Source of the DNA: Alphaproteobacteria bacterium
GTDB taxonomy: Bacteria > Pseudomonadota > Alphaproteobacteria > UBA828
Reading direction: 5' to 3'
Assembly (NCBI GenBank): GCA_965220745.1
Contig: CBDCQT010000010.1
Location: 448,001 to 512,000, forward strand
Length of the DNA: 64,000 nucleotides
The notes under the pieces were generated by a model. That model had not been told where the DNA came from and searched no databases. It saw only the letters and a list, made by a program, of their open reading frames with translations. This document shows, in pieces, positions 46,935-56,861 of this stretch; positions within the stretch are counted from its first letter, which is position 1; every line of letters starts with the position of its first letter. The position numbers were made by a program, and so were the translations under genes.

Positions 46935-47848
46935 TGACCGACCGCGCAGAGGCTCCTGCACCGCTGATCCGGCAGCCGGGGGTCGGGTCGCTTCTGCTCG
47001 GCTGGCTGCGCTCGCCCGGCGTGCTCAACGCCACGCCCGTTCTGATCTTCTTCCTGATCGGTTTCGTCGGCCCGCTGGTGATCGTGCTGGCCTTCAGCTT
47101 CACCCCTGAGCGCACCTTCGACCTCGGCGCCGGCTTCACCACCGAGAACTACGAGCACATCTTCACGGAGAGCTACTACATCTCCTTCATCTGGTCGTTC
47201 GCTCTGGCCGGGCTCACCGTCGCCTGCAACCTGCTGATCGGTTACCCCATTGCCTACGGCCTCTCCAAGCTGTTCGGCCGCTGGGCGGCGCCAGTCATGC
47301 TGGTGCTCGTCATTCCGCTCTTCGTCTCCGAGAACGTGCGGCTCTTCGGTTGGTACCTCTTCCTGATCAAGGGCGGCGGCATTCTGGCGGGCGGCCTCAA
47401 GACCGCCTTCGGCATCGACACCGGCACGTTGCTCTACGAGCCCGGCACCATCCTGATGGGCATGATCTACGTCTATCTGCCCTTCACCCTCTTCCCCATC
47501 GTTTTAGGGCTTTCCATGGTGCCGCGCGACCAGGTGGAGGCCTCGCGCGACCTCGGCGCGAGCCGCTTCCAGATCTTCCGCGAGGTCGAGCTGCCGATCG
47601 CCATGCCGGGCATCCTGATCGGGGCGCTGCTGACCTTCGTGCTCGCGGTGGGCGCGATCTCGGAGGCCAAGCTGCTCGGCGGCCAGAACACGCCGGTGAT
47701 CGCCCAGGACATCCAGCACGAGTTCACCTACGCCCAGAACTGGCCGCTGGGCTCGGCGATCTCGGTGCTGGCCATCGTGGTCACCGGCTTCCTCGTGGTG
47801 CTGGTGATGCGCCGGCTCGATCTCGACCGGCTGCTGGGCCGACGATGA
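46934..47848 (+). CDS. PotB-type ABC permease
   Basis: IGYPIAY, YVYLPF, EASRDLGAS EAA loop, NWPLGSA. Confidence 0.9.
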   Translation: MTDRAEAPAPLIRQPGVGSLLLGWLRSPGVLNATPVLIFFLIGFVGPLVIVLAFSFTPERTFDLGAGFTTENYEHIFTESYYISFIWSFALAGLTVACNLLIGYPIAYGLSKLFGRWAAPVMLVLVIPLFVSENVRLFGWYLFLIKGGGILAGGLKTAFGIDTGTLLYEPGTILMGMIYVYLPFTLFPIVLGLSMVPRDQVEASRDLGASRFQIFREVELPIAMPGILIGALLTFVLAVGAISEAKLLGGQNTPVIAQDIQHEFTYAQNWPLGSAISVLAIVVTGFLVVLVMRRLDLDRLLGRR

Positions 47849-47869
47849 TGCGCGGCGGTAGGCACTGAG

Positions 47870-48676
47870 ATGGAAAGCAAGCGCTGGGTCATAAGCCTGA
47901 TCGCGGTCTGGACCGGCGTGATCGCGCTCTTCCTTTACATCCCGATCTTCTCGGTCATCACGAGCTCGTTCGGCAAGTCCCGCTACTTCCGCTTCCCCGT
48001 GAAGGCGTGGAGCGACAAGTGGTACGACCAGACCCTGGACGCCAACCTGACCACGGACCTGCACCTCACCTCGTTCTATGTCGCGGGTTGTGTCGCGCTG
48101 ATCGCGGTCGTGCTGGGCTTCTTCGGCGCCTTGGCGTTCGCCCGCTACAACTGGCGCGGGCGGCAGTTCTACCAGCGCCTCATCATGCTGCCGATCTTCT
48201 TCCCCCAGGCCGTGCTCGGTTTGGCGCTTCTGCTCTGGTTCACCTACGTGGGCGTGCTGCCGAGCTGGGAGGCGGCGGTCTTCGCCCATCTGGTCTGGAT
48301 CGTGCCGATCGTGACCCTGGTGATCTCGATCCAGGTCTATGGCTTCGACGCCGCGCAGGAGGAAGCCGCCTACGATCTCGGCGCGAGCCGCTGGCAGGCC
48401 TTCCGCGAGGTCACGCTGCCGGCGCTCGCCCCCGGCCTCTTCTCCGGCGCGCTCTTCGCCTTCCTGCTCTCCTGGGGCAACTTCCCACTCTCCACCTTCA
48501 CCACGGGCGCCGACAGCACGGTGACCGAGTGGCTCTACACCAAGATGGGCTCCGGCTACACGCCGATGATCCCGACCATGGGCGCGCTCTCGGTGTTCGG
48601 CGCCATCGTCATTCTGTTCGGCGGCTACATGTTCCTGATCGTCCAACGACGGCGGCGGCTGGAGCGAGGTGACTAG
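47870..48676 (+). CDS. PotC-type ABC permease
   Basis: FLYIPI, EEAAYDLGAS EAA loop, FLLSW. Confidence 0.9.
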   Translation: MESKRWVISLIAVWTGVIALFLYIPIFSVITSSFGKSRYFRFPVKAWSDKWYDQTLDANLTTDLHLTSFYVAGCVALIAVVLGFFGALAFARYNWRGRQFYQRLIMLPIFFPQAVLGLALLLWFTYVGVLPSWEAAVFAHLVWIVPIVTLVISIQVYGFDAAQEEAAYDLGASRWQAFREVTLPALAPGLFSGALFAFLLSWGNFPLSTFTTGADSTVTEWLYTKMGSGYTPMIPTMGALSVFGAIVILFGGYMFLIVQRRRRLERGD

Positions 48677-48692
48677 CCCGGCCCGCTGCCGA

Positions 48693-49616
48693 TCAAACGG
48701 CGTTCCGAACCAGCGTCGAGTTCCGGCACCAGTCCCGCAGCGAATGGCTGATTTCGGCTAATACGTCGCGGTCCAGATGGACCCCGCGATAGACGGCGTG
48801 CCACCTGAGCGGCAACCCCTCTTCGGTCACCTTGATCTGCGCGATATCGTCTCGAAACTGGAAGTGCGCGACCGCCCACCGGCTCAGGATCGACAAGCCG
48901 AACTCGGCCCGCACGAGCTCGATCACGGCTTCGGTGTGACCCGCATTCAACATCACGCTCGGCCGCTTTCCCGACCGCCTCCATAGTTGGTCCTGCTCAA
49001 ACCCGTCTTCCTTGTGAGCTGAGTAGGTGATGTACGGGTAGTCCATGAAATCGTCGGCTTCGAGAAAACGCTTCGCGGTCAGCGGGTGATTTCTGGGGCA
49101 AATGCAGACCAGCTCGTCGTCGAACAGCGTCACGGTCTCGACCTGCTTGGACGTGATCTGCCCCGCCATGATGCCAAGATCGGCCTCTCCGCTCTCGATC
49201 GTGCGCACTGGCAGGCCGGGTGCGCTCGCGACGAACTCGAAGGCGAGGTTGGGCCGCTTCTCCTTCACGATCTTCAGGAATGCAGGCAGCCAGCGATACG
49301 AGTTGTAGGCGAAGGTCGCGATCCGCACGATCTGGCTCTCTTCGCGTTCGCTGCCGGAGAGCAAGTGGGTTTCGACGTGGTTTGCCTCGTTCAGGATTGA
49401 ATCGGCGCTCGACGCCAGGAGCTCACCTGCCGTGTTCAGCCACACCTTGCGCCCGCTTCGCACCGTCACCTTGCGCCCAAGCCGCCGCTCCACCTCGCTC
49501 AAGCGATGGCTGATCGCTGATTGGGTCACGCCGAGCGCCGCGGCGGCGGCGGTGACGGAATGGTGGTGACGCAGGGCCAGCACGGCGCGGTAGTGGCGAA
49601 GCTCCAACCGTGTCAT
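48693..49616 (-). CDS. LysR-family regulator, MetR-like
   Basis: SVTAAAAALGVTQSAISHRLSEVE HTH; YRWLPAFL; GLSILSRWAV. Confidence 0.9.
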   Translation of the reverse strand: MTRLELRHYRAVLALRHHHSVTAAAAALGVTQSAISHRLSEVERRLGRKVTVRSGRKVWLNTAGELLASSADSILNEANHVETHLLSGSEREESQIVRIATFAYNSYRWLPAFLKIVKEKRPNLAFEFVASAPGLPVRTIESGEADLGIMAGQITSKQVETVTLFDDELVCICPRNHPLTAKRFLEADDFMDYPYITYSAHKEDGFEQDQLWRRSGKRPSVMLNAGHTEAVIELVRAEFGLSILSRWAVAHFQFRDDIAQIKVTEEGLPLRWHAVYRGVHLDRDVLAEISHSLRDWCRNSTLVRNAV

Positions 49617-49739
49617 GCAACGAGGCCCTCGGCGGGTGCGTCGCGGACGCCGGGTCTATCTTGGCTTGTCATCCAACACCCCGAATTCAGAATCACGGAC
49701 AGCAACGACGCCCCCTCCCTGTACCATCATCCGACAATA

Positions 49740-49756
49740 CATGAAATTGGTTCATG
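49740..49756. promoter_or_regulatory. LysR (MetR-type) binding palindrome
   Basis: CATGAA-ATTGG-TTCATG fits T-N11-A and TGAA-N5-TTCA; lies between divergent LysR and MttB-family genes. Confidence 0.65.
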
Positions 49757-49840
49757 GATTTGCAGAATATTATGAATTCTGGACAGCTCCTGGCGCGGCT
49801 TAGCCTAGTGTCTGCGCGGGGTTCTTGAGGGACGTCGGGG

Positions 49841-51367
49841 ATGGCTAGAGCCAGGAGCCGAGGCAGGCGGGTCGCAGACCGGAACGCTGTCGAACAATCG
49901 CCCTTCGGGCAGGTCCCCAATCCCTATGACCCGATGCGGGTTCTCTCCGACGATCAGGTCGAGGCCCTTCATCATGCCTCGCTGCGGGTTCTCCGTGACA
50001 ACGGCATGGAGTTCCAGCTACCGCGCGCGGTGGAAATCCTGCGCGAGGCCGGTGCAACGGTCGGCGAGGACGGCAAGCGGGTTCATTTCGATCCCGCCTT
50101 CGTCGAGGAGAAGCTCGAGACGGTGCCGCGCAGGTTCACGCTGCACGGCCGCTCCAGCCATCGCGATCTCGAATTCGGCGGCAACGATGCCATCTGGGGC
50201 AGCGTGGGCTCGGCGCCCAATGTGTCGGATCGAGAGCGCGGCAGGGTCACGGGCAATTTCGAGGATTACAAGAATCTCATCCGGCTCTGTCACGCGCTCA
50301 ACGCGGTGCACGCGCTCGCCGGCTACCCCGTGGAGCCCGTCGACCTGCCGGTTCGCACGCGCCATCTGCACGCGGTGGCCGCGTCGGTCACGCTCACAGA
50401 CAAGCCCGTCTTCGGCTACGCGATCGGCCACGAGCGAATGGCGGATGCGATCGAGATCGCGCGCATCGCGCGCGGCATCGGTCACGACGATCTCCTGCGC
50501 CAGCCTTCGATCCACACGGTCGTCAATTCCAACTCGCCCCTGATCTACGACGGCGGGCTCCTGGAAGGCGCGATCGTGATGGCAGAGCTGAATCAACCGG
50601 TGGTTTACACCCCGTTCACTCTCTCGGGCGCCATGGCGCCGATCAACGTCGCAGGCGCGCTCGTGCTCCAGAACGCCGAAGCGCTCGCCGGGATCGTCTT
50701 CTCCCAGTGCGTCAATCCCGGTGCGCCGGCCGTCTACGGCAGCTTCACCTCGAACGTGGACATGAAGTCGGGCTCGCCGGCCTTCGGAACGCCGGAATAC
50801 GCCAAGGCCACCATCGCCACCGGCCAACTCGCGCGGCGCTACGGCATCCCGTGGCGCTCATCCAACGCCACAGCGTCCAACGCGGCCGACGCCCAGGCGG
50901 CATACGAATCGCAGATGTCCATCTGGCCGGTCGTCCTCGCCCAGGCCAACTACATCATCCACGGGTTCGGCTGGATCGAAGGCGGGCTTTGCGCGTCCTA
51001 CGAGAAGTTCATCATGGACGCCGAAATGGTCCAGATGATGCAGGCGTTTCTGAAGCCTCTGGATACCAGCGAGGAAGAGTTGGGTCTCGACGCCATCGCC
51101 GAGGTCGGCCCCGGCGGCCACTTCTTCGGCTGCGACCACACGATGGCACGCTACGAGACCGCCTTCTACCGGCCGATGCTCTCGGACTGGCGCAATTTCG
51201 AGAACTGGCGCGACGCCGGCGCGGTCGAGACATCGGACCGGGCCACGCGCATCTGGAAGCAGCTTCTTGCCGACTACGAAGCACCGTCGCTCGACCCCGC
51301 CATCGCCGAGGAGCTTGACGCGTTCGTGGCGCAGCGTGTCGCCGAAGGGGGCGCCCCGGAACGCTGA
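49841..51367 (+). CDS. Trimethylamine methyltransferase (MttB) superfamily protein, non-pyrrolysine
   Basis: NSNSPL, PFTLSGAMAP, DMKSGSPAFGTPE, DAQAAYE, VGPGGHFFG; no in-frame amber codon. Confidence 0.93.
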   Translation: MARARSRGRRVADRNAVEQSPFGQVPNPYDPMRVLSDDQVEALHHASLRVLRDNGMEFQLPRAVEILREAGATVGEDGKRVHFDPAFVEEKLETVPRRFTLHGRSSHRDLEFGGNDAIWGSVGSAPNVSDRERGRVTGNFEDYKNLIRLCHALNAVHALAGYPVEPVDLPVRTRHLHAVAASVTLTDKPVFGYAIGHERMADAIEIARIARGIGHDDLLRQPSIHTVVNSNSPLIYDGGLLEGAIVMAELNQPVVYTPFTLSGAMAPINVAGALVLQNAEALAGIVFSQCVNPGAPAVYGSFTSNVDMKSGSPAFGTPEYAKATIATGQLARRYGIPWRSSNATASNAADAQAAYESQMSIWPVVLAQANYIIHGFGWIEGGLCASYEKFIMDAEMVQMMQAFLKPLDTSEEELGLDAIAEVGPGGHFFGCDHTMARYETAFYRPMLSDWRNFENWRDAGAVETSDRATRIWKQLLADYEAPSLDPAIAEELDAFVAQRVAEGGAPER

Positions 51368-51463
51368 CCGGCGGCAACGCAGGTGTTGTCTCGCCCGGCG
51401 CATTTCGGTCTAATCCCCCCGCCTTAAGGGGAAGCGCAGGTGCCGCGCCACAGGGAGTCACCG

Positions 51464-51766
51464 ATGGCCTATCAAGTCACGGAAAAGGACCTTTACGTCG
51501 TCGACGAGTTCATGGCCAAGCCGATTGGCCACCACAGCCCCGACCTGCAGCGGGTACTCAACACGCTGAGGGGTGCCGACGTGAAGGGCAAGCACTGCCT
51601 GGTCTGCACCAAGCCGGGCCGCGAATGGCGCCTGGCCCAGCTCTCGGGCGTGCGCGGCAAGCCCGTGAAGCTGCTCGACAAGACCTTCGACAATATCGAC
51701 GACGCCGAGCGTTACGTCTTCCGCTTGCGCTGGAAGCAGCACACCGGCAAGGCGCTGCCTGAGTAA
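51464..51766 (+). CDS. N,N-dimethylformamidase small subunit-like protein
   Basis: EF..KPIGHHSPDLQRVL, AERYVFRLRW; directly upstream of the large subunit. Confidence 0.78.
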   Translation: MAYQVTEKDLYVVDEFMAKPIGHHSPDLQRVLNTLRGADVKGKHCLVCTKPGREWRLAQLSGVRGKPVKLLDKTFDNIDDAERYVFRLRWKQHTGKALPE

Positions 51767-51841
51767 CCGCCGCAATCGCCACCGCGCGCGCGGCCCTCTG
51801 CACCACCGACAATCTACCGCCAGGCCCTGGGGGAGCTACAC

Positions 51842-54094
51842 ATGACCAGAATCGCGGGCTATGCCGACCGCGTCAGCGTGACGCCGGGAGAGACCATCAA
51901 CTTCATGGTGAGTTCCGAAGCCCCCTCCTACAAGTGCGACATCGTTCGCCTCATCTGCGGCGACGAAAACCCCGACGGCCCCGGCGTCAAGGAGCAGGTG
52001 GTCCGCACCAGCGCGAGCGGCACCTACAAGGGGCGCAAACAGGTCTGTTACGACGGCTCCTTCATGGAGGTCCCGGCTCATCCCGCGATCCAGGGCTTGG
52101 AGAGCTTCACCTTCCAGGCCTTCATCTGGCCGACGACGCCCGATCGCGGCACCCAGGCGCTGATCTCCAACTGGCGCGACCGCGACAAGGCGGGTGCCGC
52201 GCTCATCATCACCAAGCAGGACGGCTCGCTCGCGCTCTGCCTCGGCGACGGCGACGGCAATATCGAGGTGACCGCCACCAATCGGCCGTTGATCCCGCAC
52301 CAGTGGTATTTCGTCGCCGCGACCTACAACGCCGAGACCAAGCAGATCACGCTGGTGCAGCAGCCGATCAACGACTACCCCAACGTCGACCACGCCCGCG
52401 TCCTGAAGAAGAAATCGGAGCTCAGCGGGCCGGGCAAGCACGACGCGCCGCTCACCATGGGCGGCTACTTCCGGCGTGTCGACAAGGGCCGCACGGTCTG
52501 CGGCGGCTTCTACAACGGGCGCATCGACAGCCCCCGCGTCGCTAACCGCGTGCTGACCCCGGCGGAGATGGAGCTTGCCAAGACCCGCCCGGTGGACGGC
52601 GCGCTCGCCACCTCCATCGTCGGCGCCTGGGACTTCTCCCAGGGCATCAAGACGACGACGGCGACCGATCTCTCCGCCAACGCCTTGCACGGCAGCCTCG
52701 TCAATCTGCCGACCCGCGCCGTCACCGGCTGGTGCTGGGACGGCAGCGAGATGAACTGGCAGAACGCGCCGGAGCAATACGGCGCGATCCACTTCCACGA
52801 GGACGACGTCTACGACGCGCGCTGGGAAGTCGACTTCTCGCTCACCTGCCCGAAGCGGCTGAAGAGTGGCGTCTATGCCGCGAGGCTCCGGGGCGAAGGC
52901 GGCGGCGAGGAATACATCCCCTTCGCCGTACGCGCCCCGCGCGGCGCGCCGACCGCGAAGATCTGCTTCCTGCTGCCGACCGCGAGCTACATGGCCTACG
53001 CCAACACCAACATGTCCACCAACATGGGCGCGGCGCAGATTCTCACCGGCCGGCTAACGGTGCTGAACGAGAAGAACCTTCAGCGCAGCGAGCACCGGGA
53101 GTACGGCACCTCGCTCTACGACAGCCACATCGACGGCAGCGGCATCTGCTACTCCTCGCGGCTCAGGCCGGTCCTGAATTTCCGCCCGAAGGCGCTGGAA
53201 TGGATCGGCGGCAGCGAATCCACGCTCTGGCAGTTCAACGCCGACACCCACCTCACCGAGTGGCTGGAGGCGAAGGGCTTCGAGTACGACGTCGTCACCG
53301 ACGAGGACCTGCACTACGAGGGCCTGGCGGCGATCCAGGACTACACGGTGGTGCTCACCGGCTCGCATCCCGAGTACCACTCCAAGGCGATGTGGGATGC
53401 GATGTACGCTTACCAGCAGCGCGGCGGGCGGCTCATGTACATGGGCGCCAACGGCTGGTACTGGCGCATCGCCTACCACACCGAGGTGCCGGGCTGCATC
53501 GAGGTACGCCGCGCCGAGGACGGCATCCGCACCTGGATCGCCCGCCCCGGCGAGTACTATCACAGCTTCACCGGCGAGTACGGCGGCCTCTGGCGGCGCA
53601 ACGGCCGCCCGCCGCAGGTCATCGCCGGCACCGGCTTCAGCGCTCAGGGCTTCGACATTTCGTCCTACTACGTGCGCCAGCCGGACAGCTTCAAGAAGGA
53701 GGTCGCCTGGATCTGCGAAGGCATCGGCAAGGACGAGAGGATCGGCGACTTCGGGCTGATCGGTGGCGGCGCGGCGGGGCTGGAGCTCGACCGGGCCGAC
53801 CCGCTATTGGGCACGCCGCCCAACACGTACGTGCTCGCGAGTTCGGAAGGCCACACCGACCTCTACCTCGTGGTCTGCGAGGAGCTCGACGTGAACCGAC
53901 CTAACTGCGACGGCACGCAGGACCCGCTGGTGCGTGCCGACATCGTGTTTTACGAGACCCCGAACGGCGGCGCCGTGTTCTCTACTAGCTCGATATCCTG
54001 GTGCGGGAGCCTCGCTCACAACGACCACGACAACAACGTCTCGCGCATGACCGAGAACGTCCTGCGCCGCTTCGCCGATCCGACCCCGTTCTGA
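51842..54094 (+). CDS. N,N-dimethylformamidase large subunit family protein
   Basis: GYADRVSVTPGE, LamG-like segment, YGAIHFHEDD, SYMAYAN, SLYDSHIDG, SHPEY, GANGWYW, AAGLELD. Confidence 0.9.
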   Translation: MTRIAGYADRVSVTPGETINFMVSSEAPSYKCDIVRLICGDENPDGPGVKEQVVRTSASGTYKGRKQVCYDGSFMEVPAHPAIQGLESFTFQAFIWPTTPDRGTQALISNWRDRDKAGAALIITKQDGSLALCLGDGDGNIEVTATNRPLIPHQWYFVAATYNAETKQITLVQQPINDYPNVDHARVLKKKSELSGPGKHDAPLTMGGYFRRVDKGRTVCGGFYNGRIDSPRVANRVLTPAEMELAKTRPVDGALATSIVGAWDFSQGIKTTTATDLSANALHGSLVNLPTRAVTGWCWDGSEMNWQNAPEQYGAIHFHEDDVYDARWEVDFSLTCPKRLKSGVYAARLRGEGGGEEYIPFAVRAPRGAPTAKICFLLPTASYMAYANTNMSTNMGAAQILTGRLTVLNEKNLQRSEHREYGTSLYDSHIDGSGICYSSRLRPVLNFRPKALEWIGGSESTLWQFNADTHLTEWLEAKGFEYDVVTDEDLHYEGLAAIQDYTVVLTGSHPEYHSKAMWDAMYAYQQRGGRLMYMGANGWYWRIAYHTEVPGCIEVRRAEDGIRTWIARPGEYYHSFTGEYGGLWRRNGRPPQVIAGTGFSAQGFDISSYYVRQPDSFKKEVAWICEGIGKDERIGDFGLIGGGAAGLELDRADPLLGTPPNTYVLASSEGHTDLYLVVCEELDVNRPNCDGTQDPLVRADIVFYETPNGGAVFSTSSISWCGSLAHNDHDNNVSRMTENVLRRFADPTPF

Positions 54095-54128
54095 GCGAGA
54101 CCCGGACCGGACGTCACCGGGGGCCGCG

Positions 54129-54881
54129 ATGAGCGGCCCCGTCCTGGAGGTCGAGGCCCTCACCAAGCGTTTCGGCAAGGTCACCGCCGTCGATGCGGTG
54201 AGCTTCGCGGTCGGACGCGGAACGACCGCAGCCCTGCTCGGCGCCAACGGCGCCGGCAAGACCACCACCCTGGCGATGGTCCTGGGTCTGCTGCTGCCGA
54301 GCGCGGGCTCGGTGCGCATCTTCGGCCACGACCTGGCGTCCAACCGCTATGCGCTGCTGCCGCGCATGAACTTCTCCTCGCCTTACACGGACCTGCCGCA
54401 CCGGCTCACGGTGCGCGAGAACCTCACCGTCTACGCCAGGCTCTACAACCTCGACGGCGTGCGAGGGCGGATCGAGCGGATGGCCGAGACCCTCGATCTC
54501 GGCGACTTCCTCAAGCGGCCCACGGGCAAGCTCTCGGCCGGGCAGCGCACGCGCGTCGCGCTCGCCAAGGCGCTACTCAATGATCCGGAGCTGCTGCTGC
54601 TTGACGAGCCCTCCGCCTCGCTCGATCCCGACACGGCCGACTGGGTGCGGGGCGTGATCGAGCGCTATCGCGCCGAGACCGGCGCCACGATCCTGCTCGC
54701 TTCGCACAACATGGCCGAGGTCGAGCGGCTCTGCGACGACGTGTTCGTGATGGCAGGCGGCCGCATCGTCGAGAGCGGCACGCCCAAGGCCATGATCGAG
54801 CGCCACGCCCGCAGCACGCTAGAGGAGGTCTTCCTCGAAATCGTGCGGGGCAAGGCCGGCTTAGAGGAGGCGGCGCAATGA
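54129..54881 (+). CDS. ABC-2 type exporter ATP-binding protein
   Basis: GANGAGKTT, LSAGQ, LLLDEP, ASH. Confidence 0.9.
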   Translation: MSGPVLEVEALTKRFGKVTAVDAVSFAVGRGTTAALLGANGAGKTTTLAMVLGLLLPSAGSVRIFGHDLASNRYALLPRMNFSSPYTDLPHRLTVRENLTVYARLYNLDGVRGRIERMAETLDLGDFLKRPTGKLSAGQRTRVALAKALLNDPELLLLDEPSASLDPDTADWVRGVIERYRAETGATILLASHNMAEVERLCDDVFVMAGGRIVESGTPKAMIERHARSTLEEVFLEIVRGKAGLEEAAQ

Positions 54882-55708
54882 TGGGGGACGATGCGACACG
54901 GACTTTGCCCTTGCATGGCTCCGCACAGCGGATCGGTGCGATGGTGCTGCGCCATACCTACCTGCTGCGGCGCTCCTGGCCGCGCCTGCTGGAGCTCACG
55001 TACTGGCCCACGGTGCAGATGATCATCTGGGGCCTGGTCACCATGTTCCTCGTCACCAACAGCACGTGGTTCGCGCAGGCCGCAGGCGTCCTGCTTGCAG
55101 GCGTCATCCTCTGGGACGTGATGTTCCGCGGCCAGATCGGGCTTTCCCTCGTGTTCATCGAGGAGATGTGGGCGCGCAATCTCGGCCACCTCTTCGTGAG
55201 CCCCTTGCGCCCGTGGGAGCTGATCTGCGCGCTCATGCTGATCAGCCTGATTCGCACGCTGATCGGGATGACCGGCGCGGTGGGCCTCGCCTTCGTGCTC
55301 TACGCGTTCTCGATCTTCGATCTCGGCTTCGCGCTGATCGGCTTTTTCGTGAACCTGATCGTGATGGGCTGGGCCGTGGGATTCTTCGTCTGCGGCCTGG
55401 TGCTGCGCTACGGCCTGGGCGCGGAGAGCCTCGCCTGGTTCCTGATCTTCGCGCTGGCGCCGTTCAGTTGCGTCTATTATCCGCTCTCGATCCTGCCGGA
55501 CTGGTTGGAGCCGGTGGCCGCCATCCTGCCGTCGGCCCACGTCTTCGAGGGGATGCGCGCGCTCCTGGTGGACGGCGTCTTTAGCGGCGATCACATGATG
55601 CGCGCGACCGCGCTCAACATCGGCTGGATGGCGGTGGGCATCGGCACGTTTCTCGCTTTCCTGCGCAGCGCCCGCAATCGCGGCCTGCTGCACCAGATCG
55701 GAGAGTAA
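54878..55708 (+). CDS. ABC-2 type exporter permease
   Basis: About six TM segments, EEMWARNL, YYPLSILPDWL. Confidence 0.88.
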   Translation: MMGDDATRTLPLHGSAQRIGAMVLRHTYLLRRSWPRLLELTYWPTVQMIIWGLVTMFLVTNSTWFAQAAGVLLAGVILWDVMFRGQIGLSLVFIEEMWARNLGHLFVSPLRPWELICALMLISLIRTLIGMTGAVGLAFVLYAFSIFDLGFALIGFFVNLIVMGWAVGFFVCGLVLRYGLGAESLAWFLIFALAPFSCVYYPLSILPDWLEPVAAILPSAHVFEGMRALLVDGVFSGDHMMRATALNIGWMAVGIGTFLAFLRSARNRGLLHQIGE

Positions 55709-55712
55709 GACT

Positions 55713-56741
55713 CTAATCTGCGGGGCCGCTGACGCCCGCCGAATCGAAGGTCGCCATGCCGTTGTGCGCGGCCACCGCCATGCGCACGAGCGCGGCGGCG
55801 AGCGCTGCGCCCGAGGCCTCGCCAAGGCGCAGGCCGAGATCGAGCAGTGGGTCGAGGGAAAGCGCATCCAGCAGCAGCCGATGCCCCGGCTCTGCGGAGC
55901 GGTGGGCGACCTGTGCGTGGTCGAGGCCGTCGTCGCGCAACCTCGCAATGACGGCGGCAGCGGCGGTGCAGGCGAAGCCGTCGAGCAGCACGGGCACGCG
56001 GCAATGCCGCGCCTGGACGACCGCGCCCGCGATCGCCGCAAGCTCCCGCCCGCCGACGCAGCTGAGCGCGGCCAGTGGATCGCGGCGTGCGTCGGGATGA
56101 CGGGCGAGCGCCGCGTCCACCACCGCAGCTTTGCGCGCGAGACCGTCGGAATCGACGCCGGTGCCGGGCCCCACCCAGGAGGCACCGTCGCCGCCACAGA
56201 GCACCGCCGCGAGCGCGGCTGCGGCAGTGGTATTGCCGATCCCCATTTCGCCGAGGCAGAGCAGGTCCGCGCCCTCGTCGACCGCGGCTATCCCCGCCTC
56301 CAAGGCCTTGACGCAATCCGCCTCGCTGAGCGCCGGCGCCTGCGTCATGTCTTCGGTGGGCGTGTCGAGATCGAGGGGCACCACCGTCAACGCTGCGCCC
56401 AGCACGTCGCAGAGCTGGTTGATCGCGGCACCGCCCGCCTCGAAGTTGGCGACCATCTGCGCCGTGACCGCTGGGGGATAGGCCGAGACACCGCGCACCG
56501 CGACCCCGTGGTTGCCGGCGAAGACGACGACCTGAATACGGTCCGCGCGCGGCGGATGGCGCCCCTGCCATGCGGCGGCCCAGGTGGCGAGCGTTTCGAG
56601 CCGGCCGAGGGCGCCGGCTGGCTTGGTGAGCAGCGCATCGTGTGCCCGCGCCCGCTCCGCCGCCCGCTCGTCCGGCCCCGGCATGGCGGCCACGCGCGCG
56701 CGAAAGGCGCTCAACGAACCGAGCTGGACGTCATCGGGCAT
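55713..56741 (-). CDS. cobT: Nicotinate-nucleotide--dimethylbenzimidazole phosphoribosyltransferase
   Basis: LTKPAGALGRLE, FAGNHGV, GEMGIGNTT, LDGF, LRLGEASGA, MATF. Confidence 0.95.
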   Translation of the reverse strand: MPDDVQLGSLSAFRARVAAMPGPDERAAERARAHDALLTKPAGALGRLETLATWAAAWQGRHPPRADRIQVVVFAGNHGVAVRGVSAYPPAVTAQMVANFEAGGAAINQLCDVLGAALTVVPLDLDTPTEDMTQAPALSEADCVKALEAGIAAVDEGADLLCLGEMGIGNTTAAAALAAVLCGGDGASWVGPGTGVDSDGLARKAAVVDAALARHPDARRDPLAALSCVGGRELAAIAGAVVQARHCRVPVLLDGFACTAAAAVIARLRDDGLDHAQVAHRSAEPGHRLLLDALSLDPLLDLGLRLGEASGAALAAALVRMAVAAHNGMATFDSAGVSGPAD

Positions 56742-56861
56742 GGCGGTTCCGCAGGCCGGTTGCCGCAAGGGGGAAAACGTGGGCTTTCTTGGCGGCGACA
56801 GCACCCTAGCCTATAAGGCCGGGGGAGGATGCCGGGCCGGGGCAGCCCGGACAAGAGGCAC

